64,000 bases of DNA from Octopus sinensis (GCF_006345805.1 NC_043002.1:57350001-57414000), one strand, 5' to 3'; shown: positions 25,981-37,883, counted from the first letter of the stretch. Notes: a model not told the origin generated them from the sequence alone. Translations and numbers: made by a program.

Positions 25981-27918
25981 TTAGAAGAAATGAGGTAATC
26001 AGAAGATCGGATGGTTCATATTTATAGATATTTATTTATATATTACATTTTTTACATATATATATCATATCATTCAGATTATTAGCGCTTTCTCCCATTC
26101 TAGTGGGGTTTTCGAATCAAATTAATTCTTTTGTGGGGAATTTAATCATTTTATAGAGTTTCGTAGTTGTGGGGAGGAACAAGACAGTACAAGAGGGTGA
26201 AGTGGATGAGGAGGAAGTGAGAGAGAGAACATGTGTGTATGTGTATGTGTGTATGTGTGTGTATGTGTGTGTGCGTGTGTATCTGAGGCTAAAGAGAAAG
26301 AGGGGAAGGGAGAGGGAAGAAGAAGAAGGATTTCCTTTGGCCTGCTGGACCCCCAAGGGAGTTCTAAGAATTTTAGCTTTTTGTCCATTTTGGTGTCACT
26401 GAGTGTGTGTTGGTGGGTAGGCAGGCCATAAATTACACCTTTTATGATTTTGAGGATGGTCAAATGCCATTTGGGGTCTAAGAACTCTTCTACTTCGTAT
26501 GATCGTTTTGTGGAGGTGTATGTGTGTGTCTCTGTGTGTCCGTCTGTGTTTGTGTGCGTGTGTGTGTGTGTCTCTGTGTGTTTGGAGAAGGTGAGAGAGA
26601 CAAAAAGAGAAAAGGGAAAATAAAAATAAAAATAAAAATAAAAATAAGGGAGGAAATGGAGAAGAAAAAAAATTTTTTTTTGTGTGTTGATATTTATACC
26701 ACTACATATATATACACAGACTTATACATAAAATATTTGAAAAAAACCTTTTATCGGTTCAAAATGAATAACCAAATTACACCATCTTGAAAATTGTATA
26801 TCATAGGAAAGTTAAAATTAAAGTGACAATTAAAAAGTAAAGATGGAAGTAAATTATAAAGATAATAATATAATGTATATAACAGGCAATATATATATAT
26901 ACATACACAGATATATATATATACACACATACAGGCATATACTAAATGTTCTACTATATTAGATTGTAAATCGAAAGATGCATCCTTCAATGTCACTATA
27001 TATATATATACATGCTTACACATGAAATATTAGAAAAAAAAACACCTTCTATCGAATCAAAATGAACAATCAAATTACACCATCTTGAAAATTGCATATC
27101 ATAGGAAGGTTAAAATTAGAATGACAATTGGCAAGTAAAGATCAAGTAAATTACAAAAACAATATAATGTATATAACAGGTAACATATATATACACACAC
27201 ACCTATATATATATACACACATATATTAAATGTTCTACTATATTATATTGTAAATCGAAAGATTTGTCCTTCAATGTATGTTGAGTAAAGTTTCAGCCAT
27301 TTAATTTGGGGGAGAACTTAGCTATGAAATGATTTTCCATATTCCTCCTGAAGGAGGTGTCGTTCTTCGGACACTTGTAGAAGGGAAAGATCTTAAATTT
27401 TCCTTCTCCACATGTAGCTAGAGTTCTTAGACCCCAAATGGCATTTGACCATCCTCAAAATCATAAAAGGTGTAATTTATGGCCTGCCTACTCACCAACA
27501 CACACTCAGTGACACCAAAATGGACAAAAAGCTAAAATTCTTAGAACTCCCTTGGGGGTCCAGCAGGCCAAAGGAAATCCTTCTTCTTCTTCCCTCTCCC
27601 TTCCCCTCTTTCTCTTTAGCCTCAGATACAAACGCACACACACACACACACACATACACATACATACATGTTCTCTCTCTCACTTCCTCCTCATCCACTT
27701 CACCCTCTTGTACTGTCTTGTTCCTCCCCACAACTACGAAACTCTATAAAATGATTAAATTCCCCACAAAAGAATTAATTTGATTTGAAAACCCCACTAG
27801 AATGGAAGAAAGCGCTAATAATCTGAATGATATGATATATATATGTAAAAATGTAATATATAAATAAATATCTATAAATATGAACCATCCGATCTTCTGA
27901 TTACCTCATTTCTTCTAA
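25981..27918. mobile_element. Fold-back-like element: ~500-bp inverted arms (25981-26488 and 27420-27918) around a 931-bp spacer
   Basis: The arms are reverse complements with only a few substitutions and a different (TG/CA)n length. ORFs 26146-26463(-) and 27445-27783(+) share their first 62 aa. TA-rich flanks. Confidence 0.85.
26740..27277. repeat. Diverged tandem duplication (2 units of ~250-290 bp) inside the fold-back spacer
   Basis: caaaatgaa..caaattacaccatcttgaaaattg..taaatgttctactatatta..attgtaaatcgaaagat..tccttcaatgt occurs at ~26740-26994 and ~27035-27277. Confidence 0.9.
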
Positions 27919-27968
27919 TATATAATACCTGTACATCATCTCCGAACCTTCCAATATATATATATATA

Positions 27969-28039
<71 letters not shown>

Positions 28040-29496
28040 ATAAAACGTACTTTAGAAGAGGATGCGTGCGTTCTATCATATAATAACAAAACAATAAATA
28101 AAACATATGCATATATACATACATATATGTACGTACCTACATATGTATGTATATATGCATGCATATATGGGTACAGGACACCAAAAAAAAACGTCAAACA
28201 CAATGAGAAACGAAAACATAAACACAAAACCAAGGAAGTGGACATTTTTCTTAAACAACGAAAAAAAGAGAGTACAAGACATACAACACAAAGGAACATT
28301 CCCCTTCTTCAGCCGCCTCTGTTTCATCTACTCCGCGTTTCGAAGGTAAAGGCGAGACACGACTCCGGTGAAACAGTCCTTCCCGCAAAAGCAAATTAAA
28401 TAAAATTTGAGATTTTTTGCGGAGGGGTAAAAATGGTAACAAAACCAGGACAGTAAAAACAATACAAAATATAAACAGTAAAAGACAGGACAAGGAGAAT
28501 AACAGTAACACGAACATTGAGGGCTGTTAAGCTAGAACGAATGAGAAAATATTTTGAACGCTTTGAAGACAGCGAGAGAGGCAAGGAAAGCCGTTCACAC
28601 TTGAAGGAAGCCAGGTTAGAAAGACAGTAGTAGCCTTCTCGTCGCGTGTCCGCGACGGGAGGGAGGAGGAGGAGTAAGAGAAAGGGAAAGAAAAAAGGGA
28701 AGGGTTGTAGAGAAAACCAGATTCTCCTTGTCCTGTCTTATTATTTTGTTATTATATATATATATATATATATTAGACGAATGACCACTAAGTGGATATC
28801 TATTATGCTAGAAGTCGACCCCCTTTGGTCTTACCACTAAGAAAGGAATATTTAGCAAAAGAAAATTTAGCAAACGCTATATATATATATATATGTGATA
28901 AATAAAAATATATGCATACATACAAACATATATGTACGTACCTACATCTACATGTATATATACATGCATATATAAATAATTATACGTGAGTACAGGACAC
29001 CACAATAAGACGTAGAAACGGGAAAATCAAAAAAACAAAAAACAAGAAAACGAAAAAACAAAAAACAAGAAAACGAAAAAAACAGTTACAGGACGTGCTA
29101 CTCAAGGAAAAAAAACCGTTATCAGCTGTCGCTAGTAGAGTCAAGCATGTTTCGAAGGCAGAGACAGAACACTAATCCACTAGGCCTTCCTGCGAGAGAA
29201 TTAAAATAAAATTCCAAGCAGTGGGGCAAAATGAGTACGAACACGAACAGCACGTAACAATAAAACTGCAAAAATAAATATACATGTACAAAAAATACAA
29301 ATAAATACAAAACGAGAAAATAAAAAGAGAATACGATACAGGAAATCAAACACACAAGAGCACGAACGAAAAAGCCTTTTTTTTTGGCATAGACGAAGGA
29401 TACTGTAGCAGTGTGTGGGAGGCAGTCTTTTCAGTAGTAAGAGCAATATATATATATATGTTTATATGTATATATGTGTATGTATGTATACATATA

Positions 29497-29785
29497 TATG
29501 GTACTTCGTCGGTTACGACGACGAGGGCTCCAGTTGAAGTGATCAAGGGAACAGCCTGCTCGTGAAATTAATGTGCAAGTACTTAAGCACTCTACGACCA
29601 CGTGAACCCTTAATGTAGTTCTCAGGGAGATTCAGCGTGACAAAGAACGTGACAAGGGGTACTACTCATTATTACCAGCTTAGTGGATTGGAGCAACGTG
29701 AGATAAGTATCTTGCTCAAGGACACGACTCATCACCGGAAATTTAACTCAGGACCTTACAATCGTAAGCCGTATGCCCTAACCAC
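29497..29785 (-). mobile_element. tRNA-derived SINE (family C subtype)
   Basis: gtcggttacgacgacgagggctccagttga..acagcctgctcgtgaaatta is shared with 8265-8628. Confidence 0.8.
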
Positions 29786-29805
29786 TAAGCCATATATACA
29801 TCTTT

Positions 29806-30008
29806 TATCTTATTTTAATTGTTTCAGTCGTTGAACTGCGGCCATGCTGTGGCACAGAATTGAAGAATTTGAGTGGAACGAATCGAACGCAGTACCTTTT
29901 TTCTATAAAGCCTGTCCCTTATTCTGTCGGTGGCGTATGCCAAACCGCTAAGTTACCTGGACGTAAAGACAACCAACACCAGTTGTCAACTGGTGACGGG
30001 GGACAAAC
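29806..30008 (-). mobile_element. SINE family A, 3' part
   Basis: ttgtttcagtc..ctgcggccatgctg..aaccgctaagttac..ggggacaaaca. Confidence 0.8.
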
Positions 30009-30188
30009 ATATATAATACGCACGTGCACACACGCGTGCGCGTATGTATGTATGTATGTATGTATGTATGTATGTATGTATGTATGTATGTATGTATGTA
30101 TGTATGTATGTATGTATGTATGCATGTATGCATGTATCAGTCTGTCTGTCTGTATGTATGTATCTATCTATTTGTCTATCTATCTATC

Positions 30189-31447
30189 TGAACAGGTGCG
30201 GTCGCCGTTTGTGAGGGACGCTTTCCCGCAGCTCGTCTCCATGACCGAACTGCAGTCGTGGATCAAAAAGAGGCCGAGGAAGGGCGATTGGCACCGCGAG
30301 TGTCGCGTTGCTCTCAAGCAACTCTGCCGTCCCGGATCGACCTTGAGTGACTTCAACACAACTAAAGCATTCTATAGGGGATTAGTGGAGGGGAGGTACG
30401 ACGACGAGCACGGGGCGAACCTGGACGTCGACGAGGAGTACCTGACCCGCCTGTTCAGGACGACTTTCGGGCCAGGGCCCATGGACAACTTCCAGAGATC
30501 TCTGGCCTGGCAGTGCTACCGAGAAGCGCTACCCATTCGGGATAAGCTCTACAGACACGGCTCGAGAAACACGGGGCCGACCTGCCCGAGATGCGGTCAG
30601 AGCGACGAAACCGTTCTGCACGCACTTGTGCAGTGTCCAACAATTTCCGACCTGTGGGCTTATGTCGAACAACTGCTGTCACGTGTGGGACGAGTCGGTT
30701 TATCAGCTGAGTCTATCGTCAATATTGTCACGCCTCCTTCCTTCAAACTGGAAGGAAGAGCTATTTTCATCATCCTTGTGGCTATGGCGAAAGAATGTAT
30801 CTGGTGGACGCGTCTGAAAGGATTGGAGACAAACACTTTCCTCTCTGGTCAATCTCTCATCAACTTCTTCAAGTACCACTTGAAAAGGAAAGTGAGAGTA
30901 GAGAGGCAAGTTTTGTCTAGCGAATGTTTTAAAAAAAGATAGGTGAATGTAGCAAGGATGGCACGTATGAATGACGAAGCCACCTTGAGCATAATCCTAT
31001 GAACCCAGAAATTGAAAACAGAGGGTTACCCACTTGCAAACAAATGTGGTAACATATAACAATATTGACCAAGGTTACCGTGGTCTTTTTCGTAGGCTTT
31101 TCTTCCCACGGATAAACCTTACTTGCTTTCCCCTTTACACCATATATCATAACACTATGATACACGATCCCTATTGATCGTTTTTTTTTCCTCTTCCCCC
31201 TTTTTTCTTCTTTTTTCATTTCTCTTTCCTTTTGTTCCTTTTCCTTTTCTTTTTTTCTTTTTATTTCTTTTATTTTATTCAATTTTTTTTTTGTTCTTTT
31301 CTTCCCTTTTACGATCCCTCTTGATCGAAAACCTACGCCACACCCTTTTTTTTCTTTTGTTTTTTGTTCTCTTCATCCCCCAAAAGAAAAGCTCTACCTT
31401 GTAACTTGTCCCATCTGTGTGCAGCCCTGTGTGGCCAATAAAGAAAC
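30189..31447 (+). mobile_element. 5'-truncated L1/Tx1-like LINE (ORF2 C-terminus plus 3' UTR) inside (TATC)n
   Basis: The protein from EQVRSPFV onward is nearly identical to 39298-40938, including the CPRCGQSDETVLHALVQC zinc knuckle. Ends gcagccctgtgtggccaataaagaaac. TATC on both sides. Confidence 0.95.
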
Positions 31448-31505
<58 letters not shown>

Positions 31506-31509
31506 GTCA

Positions 31510-31581
<72 letters not shown>

Positions 31582-31604
31582 GTCTGTCTGTCTATCTATC
31601 TATC

Positions 31605-31667
<63 letters not shown>

Positions 31668-31752
31668 GTCTGTCTGTCTGCCTCTCTTTCTACCTACCTA
31701 CCTACCTACCTACCTACCTACCTACCTGCCTACCTACCTACCTACATACCTA
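31448..31752. repeat. (TATC)n/(TGTC)n/(TACC)n compound array
   Basis: Direct reading. Confidence 0.95.
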
Positions 31753-32199
31753 CGTATAATGAAATAAAAGCTGAAAACTTGGCTAAAGCAATTACTGGAT
31801 GACATGATATTTCATGTTAGTAGTGAGTGAGAGAAACCCAGAAGAGCAGCGTTTTATAACAACACACTCAACTCAATAATTCCTACTCTGCCCGATACTC
31901 CCCTTTCAATATCACTTTTCCCTGCTTCACTATCAATTACCATCTCTCCTAGTCCGCTCTCTCTGTCTGTTTCTCTCTCTCTTTCTCTCTTTCTCTCCCC
32001 CTCTTCCTATCACTATTCACTCTAATTTAATAACCTTGCCAGAACACTTTCTGTGAAAGCTTGCACTTCGCTTCTATTTGACTTGTTCGATTTGTACCGA
32101 CTCTAATAAACGAGCCATTTCACTCACATCAGTGCGGCGCAGTGTTTGTATTTTATTAGACACGGAAATTTATACATAGGACCGGAGAGCGCCAGTTAT

Positions 32200-32333
32200 C
32201 TGGCTGGCCGGCACGTTGGCTGGCTAAACGGCAGGCTGGCTGGCTGGCCGGCACGTTGGCTGGTTGGCTCGCTGGCTGGCTGGTTGATAAGTCGTTTGTT
32301 ACCTTCAGCGTGTAAGCACGTTCTTTAGCCTTT

Positions 32334-32398
<65 letters not shown>

Positions 32399-32665
32399 AT
32401 TGCTGCTACTGCTACCGCCGGTACGCCACGGCTGCTGCCGCTGCTGCCTCTGCGTCGCCACTGCGCCTCTCACTGCTACCGCCGCTACGTCATCGCTGCG
32501 CCGCCGCTGCCACTGTCACCGCTGCCAATGCCGCCGCTGCCACTGCCGCCGCTGCCACTGCCATCACTGACAATGCCGCCGCTGCCATAGCCGCTGCTGC
32601 CATAGCCGCTGCTGCCGCCGCTGCTGCCGCCGCTGCCACCATCCCACTACCACCACCACCACCAC
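32200..32665. repeat. GC-rich low-complexity tract: (GGCT)n, (CTA)n, (CTG)n, degenerate (GCC/GCT)n, (CAC)n
   Basis: Direct reading; source of the poly-Ser and poly-Ala ORFs. Confidence 0.85.
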
Positions 32666-32886
32666 CAAAAATAATAAAATAATAAAATAATGGCAAGAGT
32701 TACACAATTTTATATGTCAGCTATTCTCGGTCAGAATGGACCATTACACTCAAACCAAGGAGCTTCTCAGAGAGGTTTCTGAACTCACTAGCCTCAGGCG
32801 ACAAATTTCATCCAATAGTTAAGCATTGAAGAGACGATTTTTGTTTTACTTTTTGTGAAATTTACTTCTATTTTACTTTATTGTAG

Positions 32887-33072
32887 GTTTCAATAAATAT
32901 TCAGAGTACCTGTTTCGGCCCCCGGGTCACTTCCCTGCTTAGAACTACAGGGGCAGAAACGGTTATCCGCAAATGTGAGCATTGTGAGTCAGAGTGGCTG
33001 TTCCAGAGCATCTCTCTCGCTATTTTCCACGGTAACGCCTTTTCTGTTTGGCCTGTTGAGACCATGAAGTAG
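32887..33072 (+). pseudogene. Probable C-terminal remnant of a CRE-like RLE non-LTR retrotransposon
   Basis: Translation ..ESEWLFQSISLAIFHGNAFSV..* matches the minus-strand remnant at 37367-37498 and resembles the CRE-type ending LxQRxSxAxQRGNAxxI. Confidence 0.5.
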
Positions 33073-33542
33073 TCTGACAAGCCTTTTTAGATATTTCTCT
33101 ATGAAGAAAGGATAGATAATTTTGGTCCTTCATTAAATTTAGAAAACCTTTTCATTAAGCATTATGTAATAAATGCAAAAAATAAACAGAACGACTCCAG
33201 CTCGTGTCGAATGATTTAGGCAGTAGAAACTTGCGTCTCATAGCGAAATAATAACTTCCATAACAGATAAATCCTATAAAACCAGATATGTTGAAGCGAA
33301 GATTGACAAAGAAAAACGAGAGGTATTTGGACTGTCGTTAACTGTAACATGCATGTTTCCAGCTATTCATGTATCGTGTAATGGAACCCGTAATGTTGAT
33401 TTCACTGCTTGGAATCGAACTCAGAATCTTAGGGTTAGTAGCTTCGCTCTTAACCACTACACCACATGCCCACGGGCATATGGCAATGATCTGAATAATA
33501 ATAGTAATAATAATAATAATAATAATAACAACAACAACAGCA

Positions 33543-33699
33543 ACATCGAAAAATACCCTAGGAATGAGAACCCAAGTTCGATATTTCCCCAAGACACCTG
33601 ATGGAGGCTGGAGGGTGTATCAGCCGAAAACGTAGTGTTAACAACAAACAAGATGAGGACAAATATCCATCAAATGTAAATGATGTAAATAATGTACAT
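33543..33699 (+). mobile_element. Short interspersed element carrying a minimal hammerhead-like motif (copy 1)
   Basis: Follows (AAT)n(AAC)n. Motif gacac-ctgatgga-ggctg(N10)cagcc-gaaaacgta-gtgtt at 33593-33639. Homologous to 43016, 46130 and 46340. Confidence 0.7.
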
Positions 33700-33960
33700 T
33701 TGACCATGGCAAAATTTGAACTCAGAATATAAAGACGGACGAAATGCCGCTAAGCATTTTGCCCGGCACGGTAACGATTCAGCCAGCAAACTCGGGGAAG
33801 GGAGTGAGTCGGTTATATTGTCCCTAATCCTCAACTGGTTCTTATTTTATCGGCCCCGACAGGACGAAAGGAAAAGTCGGCCTCGACAGAATTTGAGGTA
33901 AAGACGGACGAAATGCCGATAGCATTTTGGTATGCGTGTTAACGATACTGCGAAGTCGCC
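33700..33960 (-). mobile_element. Two overlapping family-B SINE fragments
   Basis: atttgaactcagaa..gacggacgaaatgccgctaagcattt occurs twice. Confidence 0.75.
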
Positions 33961-34859
33961 GCGTTAGTGGAATCTGTACTATGCTCAGAAATAATTGAAG
34001 AAGCTACTACCAAGTTCTGTATGTTGCTGTTTGACCATAGGTCAGCTCTGATCAAGAAAACCTGTGACCAAAGGCATTATTTTCTACAGTGTCTTTCATT
34101 TTACAAATCGGTGTTGTGTTATTTGAGGAAAATTTAGCAGCCTTTTTAGCAAGTTGAACGACCACTTAGTGGTTCCCTCTGGTTTGATGTTCCACTGCAT
34201 TGATAAATAGTAGCTTCTGCTAAGCTACATCGTAAAGCATAAACTAGTTGATTGTCAAATACACAAATGCAATAATCTTTTACTGATGTACATTTGTATT
34301 TCACCGTCTACAATGTCCGTGCAGTGATGTCTTAGTTTTGGTTACGCCGATCATTTCACTGGTGCGTGAATGTTCTCTGAAGAAGGAGAATCCGTATTAG
34401 ATTCTTTTTACGATTACACGTCTTGCGTATTTCATACATAAATACATTGGAATGATTGATCGTACAAGTTGAGCCGACCATTTTTAAGTTGTGTAACATT
34501 GATTTTATTTGCAAATGTATGTTGTGCAACGAATTTACTTGTTGGGTTCGCCTAAGTTGTATTTCTTATAATTGCGTTAAAAGTTACTCTGAAAGTCCTA
34601 AAAATGATATTTATTTTTATTGGAAGTCACTTCTATCAAAGCAGCAAGCAGACAGCGATAAAACATGTTTTAAATGACTATTTAACAGGATAGAGATTGC
34701 AAAAGGAAAACGAAACAAAACAAATACGAGAAGCTGTTCTGTGAATCGTAAAACGATCAACGAACCTCATCAGTTTGGAAAACAGCGGAAGTATCGAGGG
34801 TTCCGGGTATCTCAAATTAAAGAAAACAAAAATACTTCGACATGACAGAATGGTTTCAG

Positions 34860-35070
34860 ATTTTGGCACAGAGACAACAATTTTGAGAAGAGTTGGGGTT
34901 AGTCAATTACATCAACTCCGGTGCTCGATATGGTACTTATTTTATCACCACCAGAAAGAAGGAAAGGCAAAGACAGACTTGGCGGAGTTTGAACTAAGAA
35001 CGAAAAGAAGCGAAAGAAATAGAACTAAGCATTTTGTCCGACGCACTAACGATTCTGCCAGCTCGTTGCC
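34860..35070 (-). mobile_element. SINE family B
   Basis: ggtacttattttatc..gaaggaaaggcaaag..taagcattttgtcc..aacgattctgccagctcg. Confidence 0.75.
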
Positions 35071-35217
35071 TTTCATCCTTTTATCCGACATGCTGATATT
35101 CTACACTTGTGGTTTTCAACCACTATTTTTCCCTGTGGACACCCCGCGATTACTGTTTCACTTGGAATTGACCCTCATTGCCATTTGACAATCCTATGAA
35201 GTTTTTATAGATATATA

Positions 35218-35578
35218 CAGTAGAACCTCGCAGTACGAGTGCCCCCATTGCACGAGTAATTTGCTGTACGAGCCGAAAATCGTGCGAACATTTGTCTTGA
35301 AGTACGAGCGGAAATCCGTAGTACGAGCGCACAGATCGTCTCATCTTGAAGGTAATTCAGTTAATAAAACCAGTTTACATGTTTCTTTTGCATTCTCTTT
35401 TTTATAATTGTCATTTTACTCGTAACTACACCTTTTCAATTTTAAAATCCATAAAAAAATATTTTTGAGTAGTTTTGCGGGGCTGAAACGATTTGTAAAA
35501 TTGATTTGTAAAACGACTAACTCATAAGACGAACTCGGTCATGGAACAAACTAAATTCGTACTGTGAAGTTATTTCTG
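35218..35578. mobile_element. pogo/Tigger-like MITE
   Basis: TA|cagtagaacctcgcagtacgag at the left end and an imperfect inverse ttcgtactgtgaagttatttctg|TA at the right. Internal gtacgag-like motif repeated several times. Confidence 0.65.
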
Positions 35579-36615
35579 TATTATTTGAAATTGTATTTAA
35601 AAAATGTTAAAATAATCTGTGTAGTGTAGAAATCTTATGTGGAATCTGAAAGGTCGTATGGACCTCGGTTGAGAACGACTGCTCAACATAAATATTCCAT
35701 ACAATATAAACACCTTGACGTCATACCACATTAGAGAACACATACGTTTATACATATTTACAAAATATCACACTATATTCTATAGTTAGATACCATCGTT
35801 GTATTCGTTATATTGAATTGTATAACTTTTTTTTTAAGAAAAAGGTAAAAAAATCTAAAAATTGTTAATATTATCAAATCTTAATATTTTAGCTCCACTT
35901 CATAAAACAGTTTACAATAACAAAAGAAGCATCGACAATAACAACTGCAAAATATTGAAATCAGAAGAAAAGTCTTTTCTGAAGTTGTTTTAGTAGTGTA
36001 TATAGATGGCGTCACGAGAACTGCTGGAGCAGGCAGACAGGCAGGCAGGCATGCGAGAGATGTTATATCATAGCAGTGATTCTTACATTGAGAACATTGT
36101 TATAACAGACATTACAGATATTGGTAACGTTGCCAAGTCATTTTAGGATTAGCTCATTGACAGCAGAGTTTCTTTGTAATGGATTTGTGGTGTCAACGTT
36201 AAATCCATAGCAACGAGAAAACTGTTCTTTTTCTTTTTTGACGGTGTTGTCTGTTCGTCAATGGATGTTGATTTTCTTAAGACTAGAGAGAGAGAGAGGA
36301 GAGAGAGAGAGGGGGGAAGGGAGAGAGAAATGTTTCGAACATTAAATTGTTTACTTATATCTCCGTGAGTTCAAATCCTATTCATGTTTAATCATTACAA
36401 ACACTGTAAAGTCACACAGGTGAAGAAAGGTTCTAAAGTTGATCTCACTACAGCTCCGTCCCCCCACCCGGAGCCCAAATGATTGAGTATCCCCTAATTT
36501 AAGCCATTTTGAAACAAGAACTACGTAATACGAAAGAATACCCATAATTTCCTCCGATTGATGCAATTAAAAGTTGTATGCCTTCCTTCCTTATAAAACT
36601 GGTCTGTAACCTGCT

Positions 36616-36948
36616 GAGACCCCCTTCGGTCATGACTGACCATGGGATTGCACCTACAAAGTTCCCCTTCGAGGCACAAGCCCGGGCAAGGTTGTTTATG
36701 GAAGACCAGCAGTTACCCATGCATACCAGCCTCCCCTCTCCACGCCACCAGTGTTATCCAAGGGAAAGACAAAGGTCGATACAGCTTGGCACCAGTGACG
36801 TCGCAACTCATTTCTACAGCTGAGTGAACTGAAGCAACGTGAAATAAAGTGTCTTGCTCAAGAACACAACACTCAGCCCGGTCCGGGATTCGAACTCACA
36901 ACCCCACGATCGTAAGCTCGACGCTCTAACCACTGAACCATGCGCCTT
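36616..36948 (-). mobile_element. tRNA-derived SINE (family C subtype) with intact Pol III boxes
   Basis: Minus-strand A box TGGTTCAGTGG (36930-36940) and B box GTTCGAATCC (36886-36895), followed by a SINE body rather than a tRNA 3' end. Confidence 0.85.
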
Positions 36949-36964
36949 CACTGTAACCATTAAC

Positions 36965-37125
36965 AGTATATTTAAGCTGTGTGGGTTCGAATTCCACCGA
37001 GGTCGACTTTGCCTTTCATCTTCTCAGGGCCGATGAGATAAATACCAGCTATACACTGGGGTCGATATAATCGACTTACCCCACCCCGAAATTGCTGACC
37101 TCGTGTCAAAATTTGAAATCTATAT
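36965..37125 (+). mobile_element. SINE family B fragment
   Basis: ttccaccgaggtcgactttgcctttcatc..ctggggtcgatataatcgact. Confidence 0.75.
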
Positions 37126-37366
37126 ATTTAAGATATGTTTATTTTTTTCTTGAATTCTTTTTTTTTATCTGTAATTATCTTCAGTTTTATTAACAACATA
37201 TTTTTACATGAAGAAAAGAAAGAAAGAAGAAACATCAAAAGTATAAAAGATTTATCGAAACATCCATAACGACCTCACCAAGGAAACAGAAAAAGGAGAA
37301 AAAAGGGTCGGAAATTGAACAGCAGACGATGGCGCGGCGAGTCAGTAACTGGTTGTAAATACCCCC

Positions 37367-37498
37367 CTAAAAATGACGTCTTAAGTCACGCTTCGCTGGC
37401 ATGATTGCAAAGGCGTTGCCGTGGCGAATGGTCAGCAACATTCGCTGCAACAGCCACTCTACCTCGCGGGACTCGTTTCTCAGACGGGCCGCAGTTAT
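37367..37498 (-). pseudogene. Probable C-terminal remnant of a CRE-like RLE non-LTR retrotransposon
   Basis: ITAARLRNESREVEWLLQRMLLTIRHGNAFAIMPAKRDLRRHF* aligns with 32887-33072. Confidence 0.5.
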
Positions 37499-37723
37499 CT
37501 AGATTTTATAAAAAAAAAAAAATAACAAAACAAAAACTAAGCAGTGTCTTTCTTTTCTCGTAAATGTGGTGAAGTCAGTCTTTAGTCTTTCACTTATGAG
37601 ACACATCCATCAAAGCGTCAGCATTTCTATTAACTTCAGCAGAATGTAGAACACCGTGGCGATTCAGTGTAGAAAGTCCACCAAACACTCGTGAAGTTTA
37701 CATTTTTTCTGCTGCACAGACAC

Positions 37724-37882
37724 AAATATGGCTGTGCGGTAAGAAGCTTGCTTCCTAAACACATGGTTTAGGGCTTCAGCCCCACGGCGTGGCACCTTGA
37801 GTAAGTGTTTTCTCTTATAGCCTTGGATCAGCCAAAACCTTGTGAGCAGATTTTTAAGATAGAAACTGAAAGGAGTTCGTCG

Positions 37883-37883
<1 letters not shown>
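37724..37883 (+). mobile_element. SINE family A head; its tail resumes at ~41860-42075 after the LINE insertions
   Basis: The head ends ..gaaactgaaaggagttcgtcgta just before (TATC)n. The tail gtttgtccccccaccactgcttgacaact..gcggtgctcc follows the last TATC array. Confidence 0.8.

Noticed and set aside
26146-27783. Twin ORFs MTILKIIKGVIYGLP.. on opposite strands
   Set aside because: They are a consequence of the inverted arms and run through a microsatellite; no protein family was recognised.
28300-28350. Permuted hammerhead-like words (GAAACGCG..CUGAAGA on minus; similar at ~29120-29160)
   Set aside because: No NUH triplet or stem I can be formed.
29860-30188. N-terminal half of the 360-aa ORF 29860-30942
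   Set aside because: It is read-through from an antisense SINE and microsatellite into the truncated LINE, not a real fusion gene.
965-36214. RFX X-box-like words (965-977, 24171-24179, 36121-36136, ~36205-36214)
   Set aside because: All are partial matches, expected by chance in 64 kb, and no TSS is known.
36860-36948. tRNA-like sequence with perfect A and B boxes (similar heads at 8625, 12510 and 47100)
   Set aside because: It continues into a multi-copy SINE body, and I found no proper acceptor stem; it is not a tRNA gene.
37463-37498. Apparent 36-nt minus-strand exon (tctag|..gcgag|gtagag)
   Set aside because: The frame continues into the CRE-like motif shared with 32887-33072, so it is better explained as retrotransposon debris.
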